A stretch of DNA of 64,000 nt from Pseudomonadota bacterium (GCA_039195135.1 JBCCVP010000009.1:1629-65628); one strand, 5' to 3'; positions 9,693 through 19,321 are shown, counted from the stretch's first letter. The notes: a model not told the origin generated them from the letters alone. Translations and numbers: made by a program.

Positions 9693-10403
9693 TCACGATT
9701 GCGCTTCTGTCATCGGCACCCGAACGTAGCTGATCTCGATGTCGGATATCCTTGCGACCATGCGCTCGGCAAGGTCCGGGGGTTCATAGCTGGACACGGC
9801 GATGGCGCGATCGGTAACGAGGGTTTCGGCATTGCTGGCGAGATCCTCACCCAGTTTGGATGCGGTGTTGACGGGATCGCCGAAGTAGTCGATATCGTCG
9901 ATCAGCAGCAGCCGACCGTAGTCGATGCCGACGGACAGATAGATCTGCTCATCCACCGGGCGTTCTGAGTTTCCGTCAAACAGCGCGGCGTTGATCTCGA
10001 AGCTGGCCCGGATCGCGTCGTCCACCTGCTCAAAAAACGCGTAGCAGTTGTCCGCTTCCGATTTCAGCAGTCGGCCATTGTTCGCCGCGATCAGCGGCGC
10101 CATGGTTTCGCGGGCCCGGTGGATCAGCTTGAGGAAGTGACAAACGCCCATCTTCCTGGATGTGACCGAGAAGTTGGCCATATCCGAGATGAACACGGCG
10201 CCCTGCGTGCCAAACCGTTCCCAGATTTCGGCCCGGGCAGCGTCCTGTTCCGCCGCATCAGAGAGTCCGGCGAAGCCGGCGATCATCGAATCGAATTTGG
10301 TATTCCCCGTCAGTGGGTTCGGTCTGGCAGCATCATCCATGGTGCAACTCGTGGCAGTGTTTGCGCGGTGTTGTTGCCAGTATATCGCAGACGAATTTGC
10401 CAC
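9693..10403 (-). CDS. stand-alone class III adenylate/guanylate cyclase domain protein
   Basis: Cyclase homology core is present (AVFISDMANFS...YLSVGIDYGRLLL...FGDPVNTASKL). The start is uncertain; internal Met codons lie at 10340 and about 10280. Confidence 0.65.
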   Translation of the reverse strand: MANSSAIYWQQHRANTATSCTMDDAARPNPLTGNTKFDSMIAGFAGLSDAAEQDAARAEIWERFGTQGAVFISDMANFSVTSRKMGVCHFLKLIHRARETMAPLIAANNGRLLKSEADNCYAFFEQVDDAIRASFEINAALFDGNSERPVDEQIYLSVGIDYGRLLLIDDIDYFGDPVNTASKLGEDLASNAETLVTDRAIAVSSYEPPDLAERMVARISDIEISYVRVPMTEAQS

Positions 10404-10684
10404 AACGGCGACGCCGTGAAGCAGAACGGGGCAGGTATTCCATGTGCTGGAGATCAGGAAGTTGCGTCATTGACCCGGGAGCTCAACATAGGAATGCAAG
10501 GCGGCATCCCAGGGCAGGGAAATGGACACAGTCGCCGTGCATGCGACGTGTCACAGACGCGCTTCAACGGGTTGGAGCAGTTCAATAGCTGCAGCCCAGA
10601 CCAGATGGGCCGGCGGGTGGCCCGGGCCAGCTGCCTGGTGGACGACGGGCGGTTCCTCTTCTCCGACGGTTTCGAATCCGACGG

Positions 10685-11194
10685 CTAAAGCCGCAGCTCC
10701 GAAACGAGTTGTTCTGCCCAGGTTGCAATACGTTCGCCGGTCAAATCCGGCTGGTGGAGTTCGTCCAGAGCCAGGCCAACAAACTTTCCGTTGACCACCC
10801 CTTTTGATTCGGTGAAGTTGTAATTCTCCGTGGGCCAGTGGCCGATGTCGGCGCTGGCGCCCCGGGCAAGAAATCGGTCCCGCAGAATTCCCATAGCGTC
10901 CTGAAAGTTATCGGGGTAACCGAATTGATCACCGTCGCCAAAAAACGCCACCTGGGTGCCTGCGAAATTCACGTCATCGAATTGTCCGAGAGCACGCGCC
11001 CAATCTTCCTGAAGTTCACCGATGTCCCAGGTTGGAATGCCGACCAGCAGCACATCGAACCCGGTCAATTCGTCCAAAGCCAGACGCTCGACGCTGAGCA
11101 CATCCTGCACGTGCGTTTCGAGTTCGTCGAAAATGGCCTCGGCGGCCTCTTCGGTATTGCCCGTGGTACTTCCAAAAACAATCCCGATCCTCAA
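10685..11194 (-). CDS. fldA: long-chain flavodoxin
   Basis: MRIGIVFGSTTGNTEEAAE... is the canonical flavodoxin FMN-binding N-terminus. Length is 169 aa. Confidence 0.9.
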   Translation of the reverse strand: MRIGIVFGSTTGNTEEAAEAIFDELETHVQDVLSVERLALDELTGFDVLLVGIPTWDIGELQEDWARALGQFDDVNFAGTQVAFFGDGDQFGYPDNFQDAMGILRDRFLARGASADIGHWPTENYNFTESKGVVNGKFVGLALDELHQPDLTGERIATWAEQLVSELRL

Positions 11195-11228
11195 TTCCTG
11201 TCACTCCGCACGGCTAATAGGTGTAAAC

Positions 11229-11247
11229 GATAATGATTATCATTATA
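11229..11247. promoter_or_regulatory. Fur box
   Basis: GATAATGATTATCATTATA matches GATAATGATAATCATTATC at 17 of 19 positions. It lies 35-53 nt upstream of the flavodoxin start. Confidence 0.8.
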
Positions 11248-11413
11248 CTTAACACCCGGAACTCGCACAACAGGAATCGGGAGCGGGATTAAACCGGGAT
11301 TCTGGTACTAGGTGACCCACAGGCGTAAGTCAGCTACTCAAAAGCGGGAAAGAGATCTGATATCACTCACGTGCTTCCGACCTGGCACTTGGTCCTGGAC
11401 CCTAGGATTGCGG

Positions 11414-12013
11414 ATGAGCGAAAGCGAACGACAATGGCTGGTCGCGGTACTGGTGTCCCTGCTGGTGGCGATTCGCATCGTGTCCCACCTGGTGGCGGGC
11501 GGTATGTTTCGCGACCAATCCGACGGGGTGGCCCGGGAGGGAGGCGTCTGGCTGGCGGCCGGCCTGCGACTGGTTTTTCTTCTCGGCGGTCTCGGGGGAC
11601 TTTTGCTATGGCTGGTGGAGCCCAGCTGGATGCCCTGGCAGCTGGACCTGCCGCCCGTGGCCCATTTGGCTGGTCTGGTGCTGGCAGAACTGGGCCTTGT
11701 ACTGCTTGTCTGGGTGCAGATTTCGCTGGGCGTGCATTTCTCCGGCACGCTGCACCTGCGCGATGATCATCAACTGGTGCGGCACGGACCCTATGCTCGG
11801 GTTCGGCATCCCATGTACAGCGCCTTCCTGCTGATTTTTTTCGGCCTGACGCTGCTGACGGGCAACGCTTTGATCGGCGCAGTCCTCCTCGGTTCTCAAG
11901 TCTGGGTGCTCGGCTGGCGGCTGCCGAAAGAGGAGCAGGCCCTCGCGGAGCGGTTTGGCTCTTCCTGGCAAACGTATCACGCGCAAACCGGGGCCCTAAC
12001 GCCCTGGTTTTAG
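11414..12013 (+). CDS. isoprenylcysteine carboxyl methyltransferase (ICMT)/phospholipid methyltransferase family membrane protein
   Basis: Multi-TM protein with LVRHGPYARVRHPMYSAFLL and a C-terminal EEQALAERFG motif. Start chosen at MSESERQ. Confidence 0.8.
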   Translation: MSESERQWLVAVLVSLLVAIRIVSHLVAGGMFRDQSDGVAREGGVWLAAGLRLVFLLGGLGGLLLWLVEPSWMPWQLDLPPVAHLAGLVLAELGLVLLVWVQISLGVHFSGTLHLRDDHQLVRHGPYARVRHPMYSAFLLIFFGLTLLTGNALIGAVLLGSQVWVLGWRLPKEEQALAERFGSSWQTYHAQTGALTPWF

Positions 12014-12078
12014 CGAGCAACGCTCGCCTTGGCGTCACCGCGAGATGCTAACTCTCCAGCATCAGTTCATTTGAGTTC

Positions 12079-12106
12079 GCGGGGCCATGCCATCGCATGG
12101 CCCCGC
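12079..12106. terminator. bidirectional hairpin between convergent genes
   Basis: Perfect 12 bp arms GCGGGGCCATGC / GCATGGCCCCGC with loop CATC. No strong T tract. Confidence 0.5.
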
Positions 12107-12117
12107 AACCCGGTGCC

Positions 12118-15100
12118 TCACTCGAAGCCATCTTCAAACAGGAGGTCCTCGCCTGCGGCAATCGCCACGCTGGCGGACACCGCTTCACCCTCGTCACCGT
12201 TGAGATTTACCGGCCGGACGACGTAGGTGTACGTCTGCCCGGAAGCTGGCGTTTCGGCGAAGGTGGCTTCCATGGTTGAGGGATAACTATCCCCCAGGTA
12301 GACGGCTGAGGGTTCCCGGTTCGAGTATCGGTACACCGTATATCCCAGGTTGGGCGTTGTGTCGGCGTTCCAGCTCAGCTGCACGTCACCGGCAGAGCCG
12401 AGCATGGCCTGCAGACCGGACAGCTGCGGCGCCTGGCAGCTATCGCCCAGGCCATCGCGATCCCGGTCCGCCTGGTCCGGGTTGGCCACGGTCTGGCAGT
12501 TATCGATGGGGTTGGGAACGCCGTCTCCGTCTACGTCCGCGCAGCCTTCATCAATGTCGCCGTCGTCGTCGTTGTCGACCAGGTCACAGAGTTCCTCCCC
12601 GGGGATCGGATCGGGCAGCTCGCCCTCGATCGCTTCGGTCTGATCAAGGTCCGGATCGATACCTGGATCGCCTTTTCCGCCGTGCGCATGTGGCGCGCCC
12701 CCACCATGGGTATGACCCACGACCTTGTTCTGGTTTTTGGGAAACGGCAGGTCCCGGCTCACCTCGGGACAACGTCCCGTGCCAAACTCGCTGTCAAGCG
12801 GAGTAGGGCACCAGTTACGGTTGGCCAGGAACCACTCCCGACAGTCCAGCGGCTCCACGCCGGTGGCCAAGGTAGGAATGGCGTTTTCGTACGCTTCCGG
12901 CCAGGTGTAGCAGCTCTTCTCCGGTTCCGCACAGTTATTGCGGTAATGCCTCTGGCACTCGACGGCTGTGGGCGTAAACAGGTGATCGTCAAAACTCTCT
13001 AGCACCTTCCGGGACGAATTCTGATTGACGGATTGCGCGACGGTCCCCGAATCAATGACGCCGTTGCAGTTCCAGTCAATGCCCGGCCCGTGCTCGGGTA
13101 CGTCGAAGCTCCAGGTCCAGTTTTCCAGGCGGCGCGCCAGCGTCCGCCGACCGTCGCTGAGGATGTCCACCGGGCCCGTGGAATCGGAACAGCTGTACTT
13201 GAAAACCGGGAACGCATCGGGATGACTGGCGTGAGAACAGCTGAGGGAACGGATTTTTTGGGCGAACGGACTTACGCTGGATTCGTTGAGCCGGTCTTCA
13301 TCCAGACTGCCCAGATCTTCAACGCTGAGGGTGAGTACCGATACCAGCTCCGGCTGATAATCTTCCGGCAGCGGGTCCGGCACCGGTTCCATACAGGTCA
13401 GGCCGGAGTTGTACAGATAGTTCATCACACTGATGTAGTTAGGTTTGTAGTTTTCGCCATTCCAGCGAGCGCCGCCGGGGTTGACGAAGCCGCCCGTCGC
13501 GGTAGGCGGATCTCGAGGCGCTGGGCCGCCGTGCCCCAGTCCCGCTGTGTGACCCACCTCATGAAATAGCACCGAAGAGTGTCTCGCAACCCAGTCCTTG
13601 TCACATGACGGCCCGTCAAAGCCGCCGCCGATCCGGCAAGGGGTGGTGCAACTGGCAAAATCACCGTCGTCGAGAGGGCAGTCCGCGGCGGTGCTGCACG
13701 TCATACCGCGGCGACTTCCACCGTCGCAGCCGGTACGGCACATGGCTCCGGTGCCCGGGCACTCAAAGTCCCCCCGGCAGGATTCAAACTGCCTTGGGCC
13801 GCTGCTGCAAAAACCACCTGTCCCTTCGTAGGCTTCGACGGTGGAGAAGCGGTTTCCGCCGCCACCAGCCCCGGCAGCCGCGCGGTTATAGGCGTAGAGG
13901 AATGCCCACGCGCGTTTCGGATCAAAGTAATACTCACCGTCCTGCATCTGATAGACGGCGGTATTGTCTTTGAGGTGGGACTGGCGGTAGACGGTAGGGC
14001 GTTCGCGGTCGTGCGTTTCAAGATACAGCTTGATGCCGTTGTCTCGCAGCGCGCTTCGCATCATGTCGTAAACCTGCGGACTGGGTGCCGCTAACTCTTC
14101 CGAGTCTACCTGGAGCAGCAGGTCGCGCCGGCAGGGATGCACGCCGTAGTTCACCAGCGGCTCCAGCTCGCCGTTGGCAAAATGAATACCCGTGATCTCC
14201 CAGCCGTCCGACAACCCGTCAAGGTCCGTGTCGGGCGAATTGGGATCGGTACAAAGGCCGGCTTCGATGGCGTCGGCCAGGCCGTCGTTGTCACGGTCCG
14301 GTCCGGAATTGCCGAACAGCACCACATGGTCGTTTGAGGTTGCCGAAGCGTCTTCGTTAACCGTCGCGAAGGCCTTCAAACGAACCAAGGCGACGCGCGG
14401 TTCCGGCTCGATGACCCAGGTGCAGCTGGCTTCAGCGATGAACGTTGAGAAATCGCAGCGCCGGGCCGGGAATATGCCTCCCAGCGCGTCGGAAATGACA
14501 ATGGATTTGACGCCAGAGTCATCGGTGACGTCAGCGGTTACCGTCACCGCCTCGCCCGGAGCCGGGGTCGCGGGGGAATAGCTGAGGTCGATCTCCGGGG
14601 CCTCGCCGTCGACCAGGATTCGAAACTGCCGGCGACGCGAAACGGCCGTTCTGCCCGCCTGATCTTCGACTCTGGCTGACAGCTCATGCAGGCCTGGAGA
14701 AAAGGACCCCGTATACCGGCCCAAATAAGAGACCACGTCGTCTCCGGAAGAAAGGTCCACACTTTCGACCGGCACGCCATCGACGAGTAGCTCGATGAGC
14801 TCGATGTCTACGTCGTCGGAGGCGGAATAGGTGATTTCGACCTCGTTGACGTCGGGCACCGACGCCCGCCAGAGACCTGCGCTGATGGAAGGATTTTCAC
14901 CGTCCATGCGAGGCAGCGCAGCCAGGTCGATCTCAACCTCCTGCCAGCTTGACGGATTGGTGCTGGAGCCGCCCACGGGCCAGTCCAGGCGCCGTTCCTG
15001 ACCGGAGCCATTCAGGTAGCTGTGGAGCACCCGCAGGCGAAATATTCCAGCGGGGTCGGGGAGGATCGATCTTGGAATGCGAAACTCGATGGGAATCTCG

Positions 15101-16206
15101 AACTCAACGCCGCCGAAGTCGGCGAAAAGGCCCGCCGGATCGCCGATGGGCTCCCAGCTTGAGGTGCTGAACGGCCCACCGGTCGGCGGTGAGCCGATAA
15201 AGGACTGCAGCCCGTCGTTTTCTGGCCACAGTCGAAACCGATAGTCATCGTCAGCAAGATTGACCCCGCCATCGTTTTGCGTATCGATCTCCACCGCCCA
15301 GAACTGATCCGTTCGAATCACGCGCCGGGGCAGGCAGACGTAAAGGTAGCTGGCGTCGGCGCCAATCAAGACCGGCTGCGGATTGGGTTGATCGAAGGGT
15401 CTGTCGGCTTCGGGATACCACACGGGCATCGTGACGGCCGACGCGTAGCCCGGATCGTTACAGTCACCGTCAGCCTCGATGCCGGAAACCGGGCGAATTT
15501 TCAGCGGGTTGAACGGCTGTGGCGGCGAATCCAGCCCCGACACGGTTGCATCCGGCGCCAGCGCGCCGGGATGATTACCAAATCGTTCACCGGCGCCGGC
15601 TTCCAGAGACCACACCGCAACCAGCCCCGGCCGAGCGTCAACAATCTGCTCGTACATCGTCCGCTGGATCTGCTCCTCCGTGCGGGCCACGCGCCACAGG
15701 CGGGCTTCCGACAGGTAGCCGGCAAAGGGAAACAGGCCGTCCGGAAAGGTATCGGACGCTCCTTCGCCGCCGATGCCCAGCGGTGCGTCGTTGCGGGGCA
15801 GCTCAACTGAAAAGGTATGTTCAGCATCAGGCTCACCGTTGACATAGAGCCGGCTTTGTTCGCCGTCGTAGGTTGCGGCGATGTGCCACCAGGTTCCGCT
15901 TGTCAGCAGCTGCGACCCGTTGCGGACCGAACCGGACCCGCTCGCATAATGGCGAAGAATGCCACTGCACAGACCCAGCCAATAACCGTCATCAAAGCGC
16001 TTGCCGATAATGGTGCGACAGCCCGATAGGTCTGAGGGCCGCACCCACGCCTCAAGCGTAACGGACGATGTCGGATTCAGTTCCGGCGCGTGGGGAACAA
16101 CGACACGCTGCGTGTCGTCATTGCGCAGCAGCAGCGTTGCTGGAGCCGCGAAGGCTGGCGAACTCAGCAGAGTTGCTATAAAGATGATGAGACTTGGGCC
16201 GCGCAT
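12118..16206 (-). CDS. giant secreted multidomain metalloprotease: signal peptide, LamG/ConA-like domain, HExxHxxGxxH metzincin motif, Cys-rich region, thrombospondin type-3-like Asp repeats, FN3
   Basis: Start MRGPSLIIFIATLLSSPAFA with a GGGAGAA RBS. The motifs are HEVGHTAGLGH, DNDDDGDIDEGCADVDGDGVPNPIDNC...NPDQADRDRDGLGDSC, and an FN3-like C-terminus ending LLFEDGFE. Confidence 0.8.
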   Translation of the reverse strand: MRGPSLIIFIATLLSSPAFAAPATLLLRNDDTQRVVVPHAPELNPTSSVTLEAWVRPSDLSGCRTIIGKRFDDGYWLGLCSGILRHYASGSGSVRNGSQLLTSGTWWHIAATYDGEQSRLYVNGEPDAEHTFSVELPRNDAPLGIGGEGASDTFPDGLFPFAGYLSEARLWRVARTEEQIQRTMYEQIVDARPGLVAVWSLEAGAGERFGNHPGALAPDATVSGLDSPPQPFNPLKIRPVSGIEADGDCNDPGYASAVTMPVWYPEADRPFDQPNPQPVLIGADASYLYVCLPRRVIRTDQFWAVEIDTQNDGGVNLADDDYRFRLWPENDGLQSFIGSPPTGGPFSTSSWEPIGDPAGLFADFGGVEFEIPIEFRIPRSILPDPAGIFRLRVLHSYLNGSGQERRLDWPVGGSSTNPSSWQEVEIDLAALPRMDGENPSISAGLWRASVPDVNEVEITYSASDDVDIELIELLVDGVPVESVDLSSGDDVVSYLGRYTGSFSPGLHELSARVEDQAGRTAVSRRRQFRILVDGEAPEIDLSYSPATPAPGEAVTVTADVTDDSGVKSIVISDALGGIFPARRCDFSTFIAEASCTWVIEPEPRVALVRLKAFATVNEDASATSNDHVVLFGNSGPDRDNDGLADAIEAGLCTDPNSPDTDLDGLSDGWEITGIHFANGELEPLVNYGVHPCRRDLLLQVDSEELAAPSPQVYDMMRSALRDNGIKLYLETHDRERPTVYRQSHLKDNTAVYQMQDGEYYFDPKRAWAFLYAYNRAAAGAGGGGNRFSTVEAYEGTGGFCSSGPRQFESCRGDFECPGTGAMCRTGCDGGSRRGMTCSTAADCPLDDGDFASCTTPCRIGGGFDGPSCDKDWVARHSSVLFHEVGHTAGLGHGGPAPRDPPTATGGFVNPGGARWNGENYKPNYISVMNYLYNSGLTCMEPVPDPLPEDYQPELVSVLTLSVEDLGSLDEDRLNESSVSPFAQKIRSLSCSHASHPDAFPVFKYSCSDSTGPVDILSDGRRTLARRLENWTWSFDVPEHGPGIDWNCNGVIDSGTVAQSVNQNSSRKVLESFDDHLFTPTAVECQRHYRNNCAEPEKSCYTWPEAYENAIPTLATGVEPLDCREWFLANRNWCPTPLDSEFGTGRCPEVSRDLPFPKNQNKVVGHTHGGGAPHAHGGKGDPGIDPDLDQTEAIEGELPDPIPGEELCDLVDNDDDGDIDEGCADVDGDGVPNPIDNCQTVANPDQADRDRDGLGDSCQAPQLSGLQAMLGSAGDVQLSWNADTTPNLGYTVYRYSNREPSAVYLGDSYPSTMEATFAETPASGQTYTYVVRPVNLNGDEGEAVSASVAIAAGEDLLFEDGFE

Positions 16207-16379
16207 AGGATTCTCCCTGATCTGGTGGCGGATCATTGCCGGGAGGCCGCTGGCCGCAGCTTTACGTCAACCGAACCGAAATTCAGCCTCCAATCGTAGT
16301 ACGCAATGCCTGTTCACTTCGGATCATCTGATTTTTGCCCGCGCGACAAAGCCGTCAGCCCTTCCGCGCGCCGATGGCG

Positions 16380-16796
16380 CTAGGGCAGAAAGCCGTCGAC
16401 CACGATGCACAGGATGCCAGCGAAAGCCACCTGCCAGCAGAATGGGCGCAACCATGGAATCGCGCTGACGTAGGCCGGGACATAGAGGATACGCGCGATC
16501 AGAAACGTCCAGGTGCCGATGCCGGTCAACGGCGAAACCGAGTCTGCGGCGTAGACCAGGACAACGCTGGCGACAAACTGCGGCAGAACCTCGAGCAGGT
16601 TGCGATGGGCGCGAACCAGCCGGCCGGCCACGCCGCTTGGTGTAAACGGCTGATCGCGAGCGCTGAGGACCCACTCGGCACCTGCCTGGCGGAGCGTAGC
16701 GATGCTCGCTGCACCAACCTGCACGGCGGCCAGCACGATGACTCCGGCGAAGGCGATGAGGTGGCTGTCTCGAAGCGCCGCTGCGAGCACTGTCAA
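16380..16796 (-). CDS. MAPEG family membrane protein
   Basis: Hydrophobic MAPEG-like pattern of about 138 aa (RAHRNLLEVLPQF...ARILYVPAY). The TTG start at 16796 overlaps the upstream stop (TTGA). The start is uncertain. Confidence 0.6.
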   Translation of the reverse strand: MTVLAAALRDSHLIAFAGVIVLAAVQVGAASIATLRQAGAEWVLSARDQPFTPSGVAGRLVRAHRNLLEVLPQFVASVVLVYAADSVSPLTGIGTWTFLIARILYVPAYVSAIPWLRPFCWQVAFAGILCIVVDGFLP

Positions 16797-17323
16797 TGAT
16801 CTTCCGGCGGCATTTCGGCGGCCTGGGTTTCCGCAAGCCGGGCCGCTAGCGTTGTGTAGTCGACGTAGTCCCACTGTCGCTTGATACGGCCCTGGCGAAG
16901 CTCAAGCCAGGTTACGAAGGGCAGGTCGAATTCAATGCCAGCTACCGAACCTGTGACCTGCCCACGCACCACGGCGGTGCCCTGTATCGGTTGAGCCGGT
17001 GGGTTGTCCTGGGCGTCTACGAGCGATTCGACGGCGACGGCGGCTACTTGAAAGTGGACGTTTTCATATCGCTCAGCAGCGACGCGATAGGTATCCGTGA
17101 TCTCGACCTTGCTGGCGAGCTCGAGCCCCAAAAATACGTCGGTCAGAACGGCGTCATCGGCGTAAAAGGAAAGATGACTGCCGTCAAACTCGCTGTAGCG
17201 CTCAAAAAACGACCGAGTCCAACCCTCAAGTGCACGGTCGGCATTGGCGCTGTGGGCTGTCACCGTCACCCAGGCTATGGCGCCGATCATGGCCTGGAGT
17301 ATGGTTCGGCATGTGTCGGTCAT
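16793..17323 (-). CDS. SnoaL/NTF2-like fold protein with signal peptide
   Basis: 176 aa with an N-terminal signal-like segment. The assignment rests on size and pattern and is weak. Confidence 0.5.
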   Translation of the reverse strand: MTDTCRTILQAMIGAIAWVTVTAHSANADRALEGWTRSFFERYSEFDGSHLSFYADDAVLTDVFLGLELASKVEITDTYRVAAERYENVHFQVAAVAVESLVDAQDNPPAQPIQGTAVVRGQVTGSVAGIEFDLPFVTWLELRQGRIKRQWDYVDYTTLAARLAETQAAEMPPEDH

Positions 17324-17332
17324 ATCGATAAA

Positions 17333-17352
17333 ATGAATGAACGTTCATTCAT
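17333..17352. promoter_or_regulatory. perfect 20 bp palindrome; probable TetR operator
   Basis: ATGAATGAAC|GTTCATTCAT lies in the divergent 102 bp region between 17323 (-) and tetR at 17426 (+). Confidence 0.6.
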
Positions 17353-17425
17353 AATAAGTTCAATGCCTGGATGTAGCAAGTTTTCTCGAGAACGGTAAGC
17401 TTGCCGTTGGTCACCGGTACCTTTT

Positions 17426-18025
17426 ATGCCCCGAGTCAGTGAAGAGAAGGCGGAAGCGCGACGGGAAGCTCTGATCACGGCGGCGCTGCGGTGTTTCGCC
17501 GCCAGAGGTTTTGATGCAACAACCATGCGTGATATCAGCCGGGAGGCGGGCCTGGCGGTAGGTACCTACTATCTGTATTTCGAAGACAAGCGGGCCGTGC
17601 TTGATGCTGTGATCCGGTACCACCAGAAGCGGACTCGAGACTTTCTTGCCTCCCTTGACCAGGCCGACAAGCCGCTGGCAACCATTGAAGGGATATTCGA
17701 CGCCATATTGGGAATAGAAGCGACAGAGCTGCGGGCGCGCGCGGCACTGGATCTGCAGCTGCTCAGCGCCGCGGTGCGGGACGAAGTGCTCGCCAATTGG
17801 CTGGAGAACGTTCAGCTGGAGTGGGTTCAGGCGTTCCGTCATTTGATTGCTGCCGCTCAACGGGCCGGCGAGCTCGCACCAGAACTGTCGGCGCTGGCGG
17901 CCGCGCGAAGTCTCACGGCCTACATGCACGGCGTGGGTTTTTCCCAGGTGTTGAAGGCGGTGCCGGCGCGGTCTCTGCGCCGCGAGGTGCGGCGAGCCTT
18001 AAGGGCGATGCTGGGCGTTACCTAA
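17426..18025 (+). CDS. TetR family transcriptional regulator
   Basis: N-terminal HTH: REALITAALRCFAARGFDATTMRDISREAGLAVGTYYLYF. Confidence 0.9.
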   Translation: MPRVSEEKAEARREALITAALRCFAARGFDATTMRDISREAGLAVGTYYLYFEDKRAVLDAVIRYHQKRTRDFLASLDQADKPLATIEGIFDAILGIEATELRARAALDLQLLSAAVRDEVLANWLENVQLEWVQAFRHLIAAAQRAGELAPELSALAAARSLTAYMHGVGFSQVLKAVPARSLRREVRRALRAMLGVT

Positions 18026-18074
18026 ACCCTGGCGCGCCAGGGCGACAGCTCACGGAACCGGTCGCAGCCAACGC

Positions 18075-18401
18075 TTACACGTCAACGGCGGCTCTCAGGC
18101 GGTCGATTGCCTCGTCCCACTGCCGCGAAGCGCGCGCCAGACAATCCCGGGCGTCTGCAATCGGCTGGGGTTGAAGCGCAAACCGACTCTCTCGCCCGAC
18201 GCGCTCGCAGGACACCAGGCCGGCTTGTTTCAGCACCTTCAGGTGTTTGGTGACACCCTGGCGCGTAAGATCCAGCCCGGCGGCGAGGTCCACAATCGAC
18301 CGCTGCCGACCGTCACTCAGACGAGCGATGAGCTCCAGGCGGGTCCGATCACCCAGCGCGGCAAAAACCGGGATCGAAGTGGCGTCGCTAGCGTGCAACA
18401 T
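18075..18401 (-). CDS. ArsR/SmtB family transcriptional regulator
   Basis: VFAALGDRTRLELIARL...SIVDLAAGLDLTRQGVTKHLKVLKQAGLV. Start chosen at MLHASD (18401). Confidence 0.85.
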   Translation of the reverse strand: MLHASDATSIPVFAALGDRTRLELIARLSDGRQRSIVDLAAGLDLTRQGVTKHLKVLKQAGLVSCERVGRESRFALQPQPIADARDCLARASRQWDEAIDRLRAAVDV

Positions 18402-18849
18402 AGGCCGCGATGTGCTCGGCCTGCACATTCCAACCCTCCTGGTTGGAGCGCAGTACCTCCAGGCGCCGGGACTCCGGGAAAAGCGCAAACCCCGTTTCGG
18501 TGATGGTCAGGCGGGTGCCGTCCGGCGTTGGCTCCAGCCGAAACTCGACGAGCACCTTGGCGTTGTCGTCGTACTCCGTGTCGGGGTCTACGGCACTGGG
18601 CGGCCAGGAAAACACAAACCGTTCCTCGGGAATCAGCACTTCGGTCGTGGAGATCCAGCGCACGTCCTCATGGCCGGGATAGGTAATCTGCCCGGTGGTG
18701 GTTTGTCCCACCTCAAAGGGGCTTGCGAGGCGCACGCGAAACCACGCGCCAAATTCTTCATGGTCGCTAATCGCCCGCCAGACCCGAGACACGGGAGCGG
18801 ACAACTCAACAACCTTTTTTATCTGATTCTGATTCAGGTCCATAAGCAT
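18388..18849 (-). CDS. SRPBCC (AHSA1/START-like) family protein
   Basis: VSRVWRAISDHEEFGAWF... pattern. It overlaps the arsR start by 14 nt, suggesting an operon. Confidence 0.75.
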   Translation of the reverse strand: MLMDLNQNQIKKVVELSAPVSRVWRAISDHEEFGAWFRVRLASPFEVGQTTTGQITYPGHEDVRWISTTEVLIPEERFVFSWPPSAVDPDTEYDDNAKVLVEFRLEPTPDGTRLTITETGFALFPESRRLEVLRSNQEGWNVQAEHIAAYVAR

Positions 18850-18961
18850 AACGCAACCTTTTGGTTGCAATTAATTTGCCACCGCACTGCCCTAAATGCA
18901 ACTTCTGGGTTGCTTTTTGAAAAAAGACCGGTTTATTTAACATTTGCGTTAATTAACAGAT

Positions 18962-19321
18962 ATGTTTAATACTGTGTCCATGACAGAGCTACAGCAGCTG
19001 CACGGCACCTTCTCGGCCCTGGCTCACCCGGTGCGCCTGGCCATGCTGGAGCGCCTGGCGCAAGGGGAGGCAACGGTGAATGAGCTCGCGCAGCCGTTCG
19101 CCATGAGCCTCCCGGCCGTTTCCCGGCATATCAAAGTGTTGGAGAAGGCCGGCCTGATCTCCCGCGGCAATGAGGCCCAGTTTCGGCCCTGTCGACTCAA
19201 CCCCACACCGCTGGAACAGATTGCGTCCTGGGCGGAGCAGTATCGACCCATCTGGGAGGCCCGCTTCGACCAGATGCAGACTTATCTCAACAATATGGCG
19301 AAGGACTCTGATGAACGCTGA
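18962..19321 (+). CDS. ArsR/SmtB family transcriptional regulator
   Basis: FSALAHPVRLAMLERLAQGEATVNELAQPFAMSLPAVSRHIKVLEKAGLI. Confidence 0.85.
   Translation: MFNTVSMTELQQLHGTFSALAHPVRLAMLERLAQGEATVNELAQPFAMSLPAVSRHIKVLEKAGLISRGNEAQFRPCRLNPTPLEQIASWAEQYRPIWEARFDQMQTYLNNMAKDSDER

Noticed and set aside
10404-10688. Plus-strand ORF ending FLFSDGFESDG* between the cyclase and flavodoxin genes, read as a real small gene.
   Set aside because: Most of the ORF (10119-10688) is antisense to the cyclase. It has no RBS or start context. I mention it only in connection with the C-terminal motif finding, as a possible gene remnant or coincidence.
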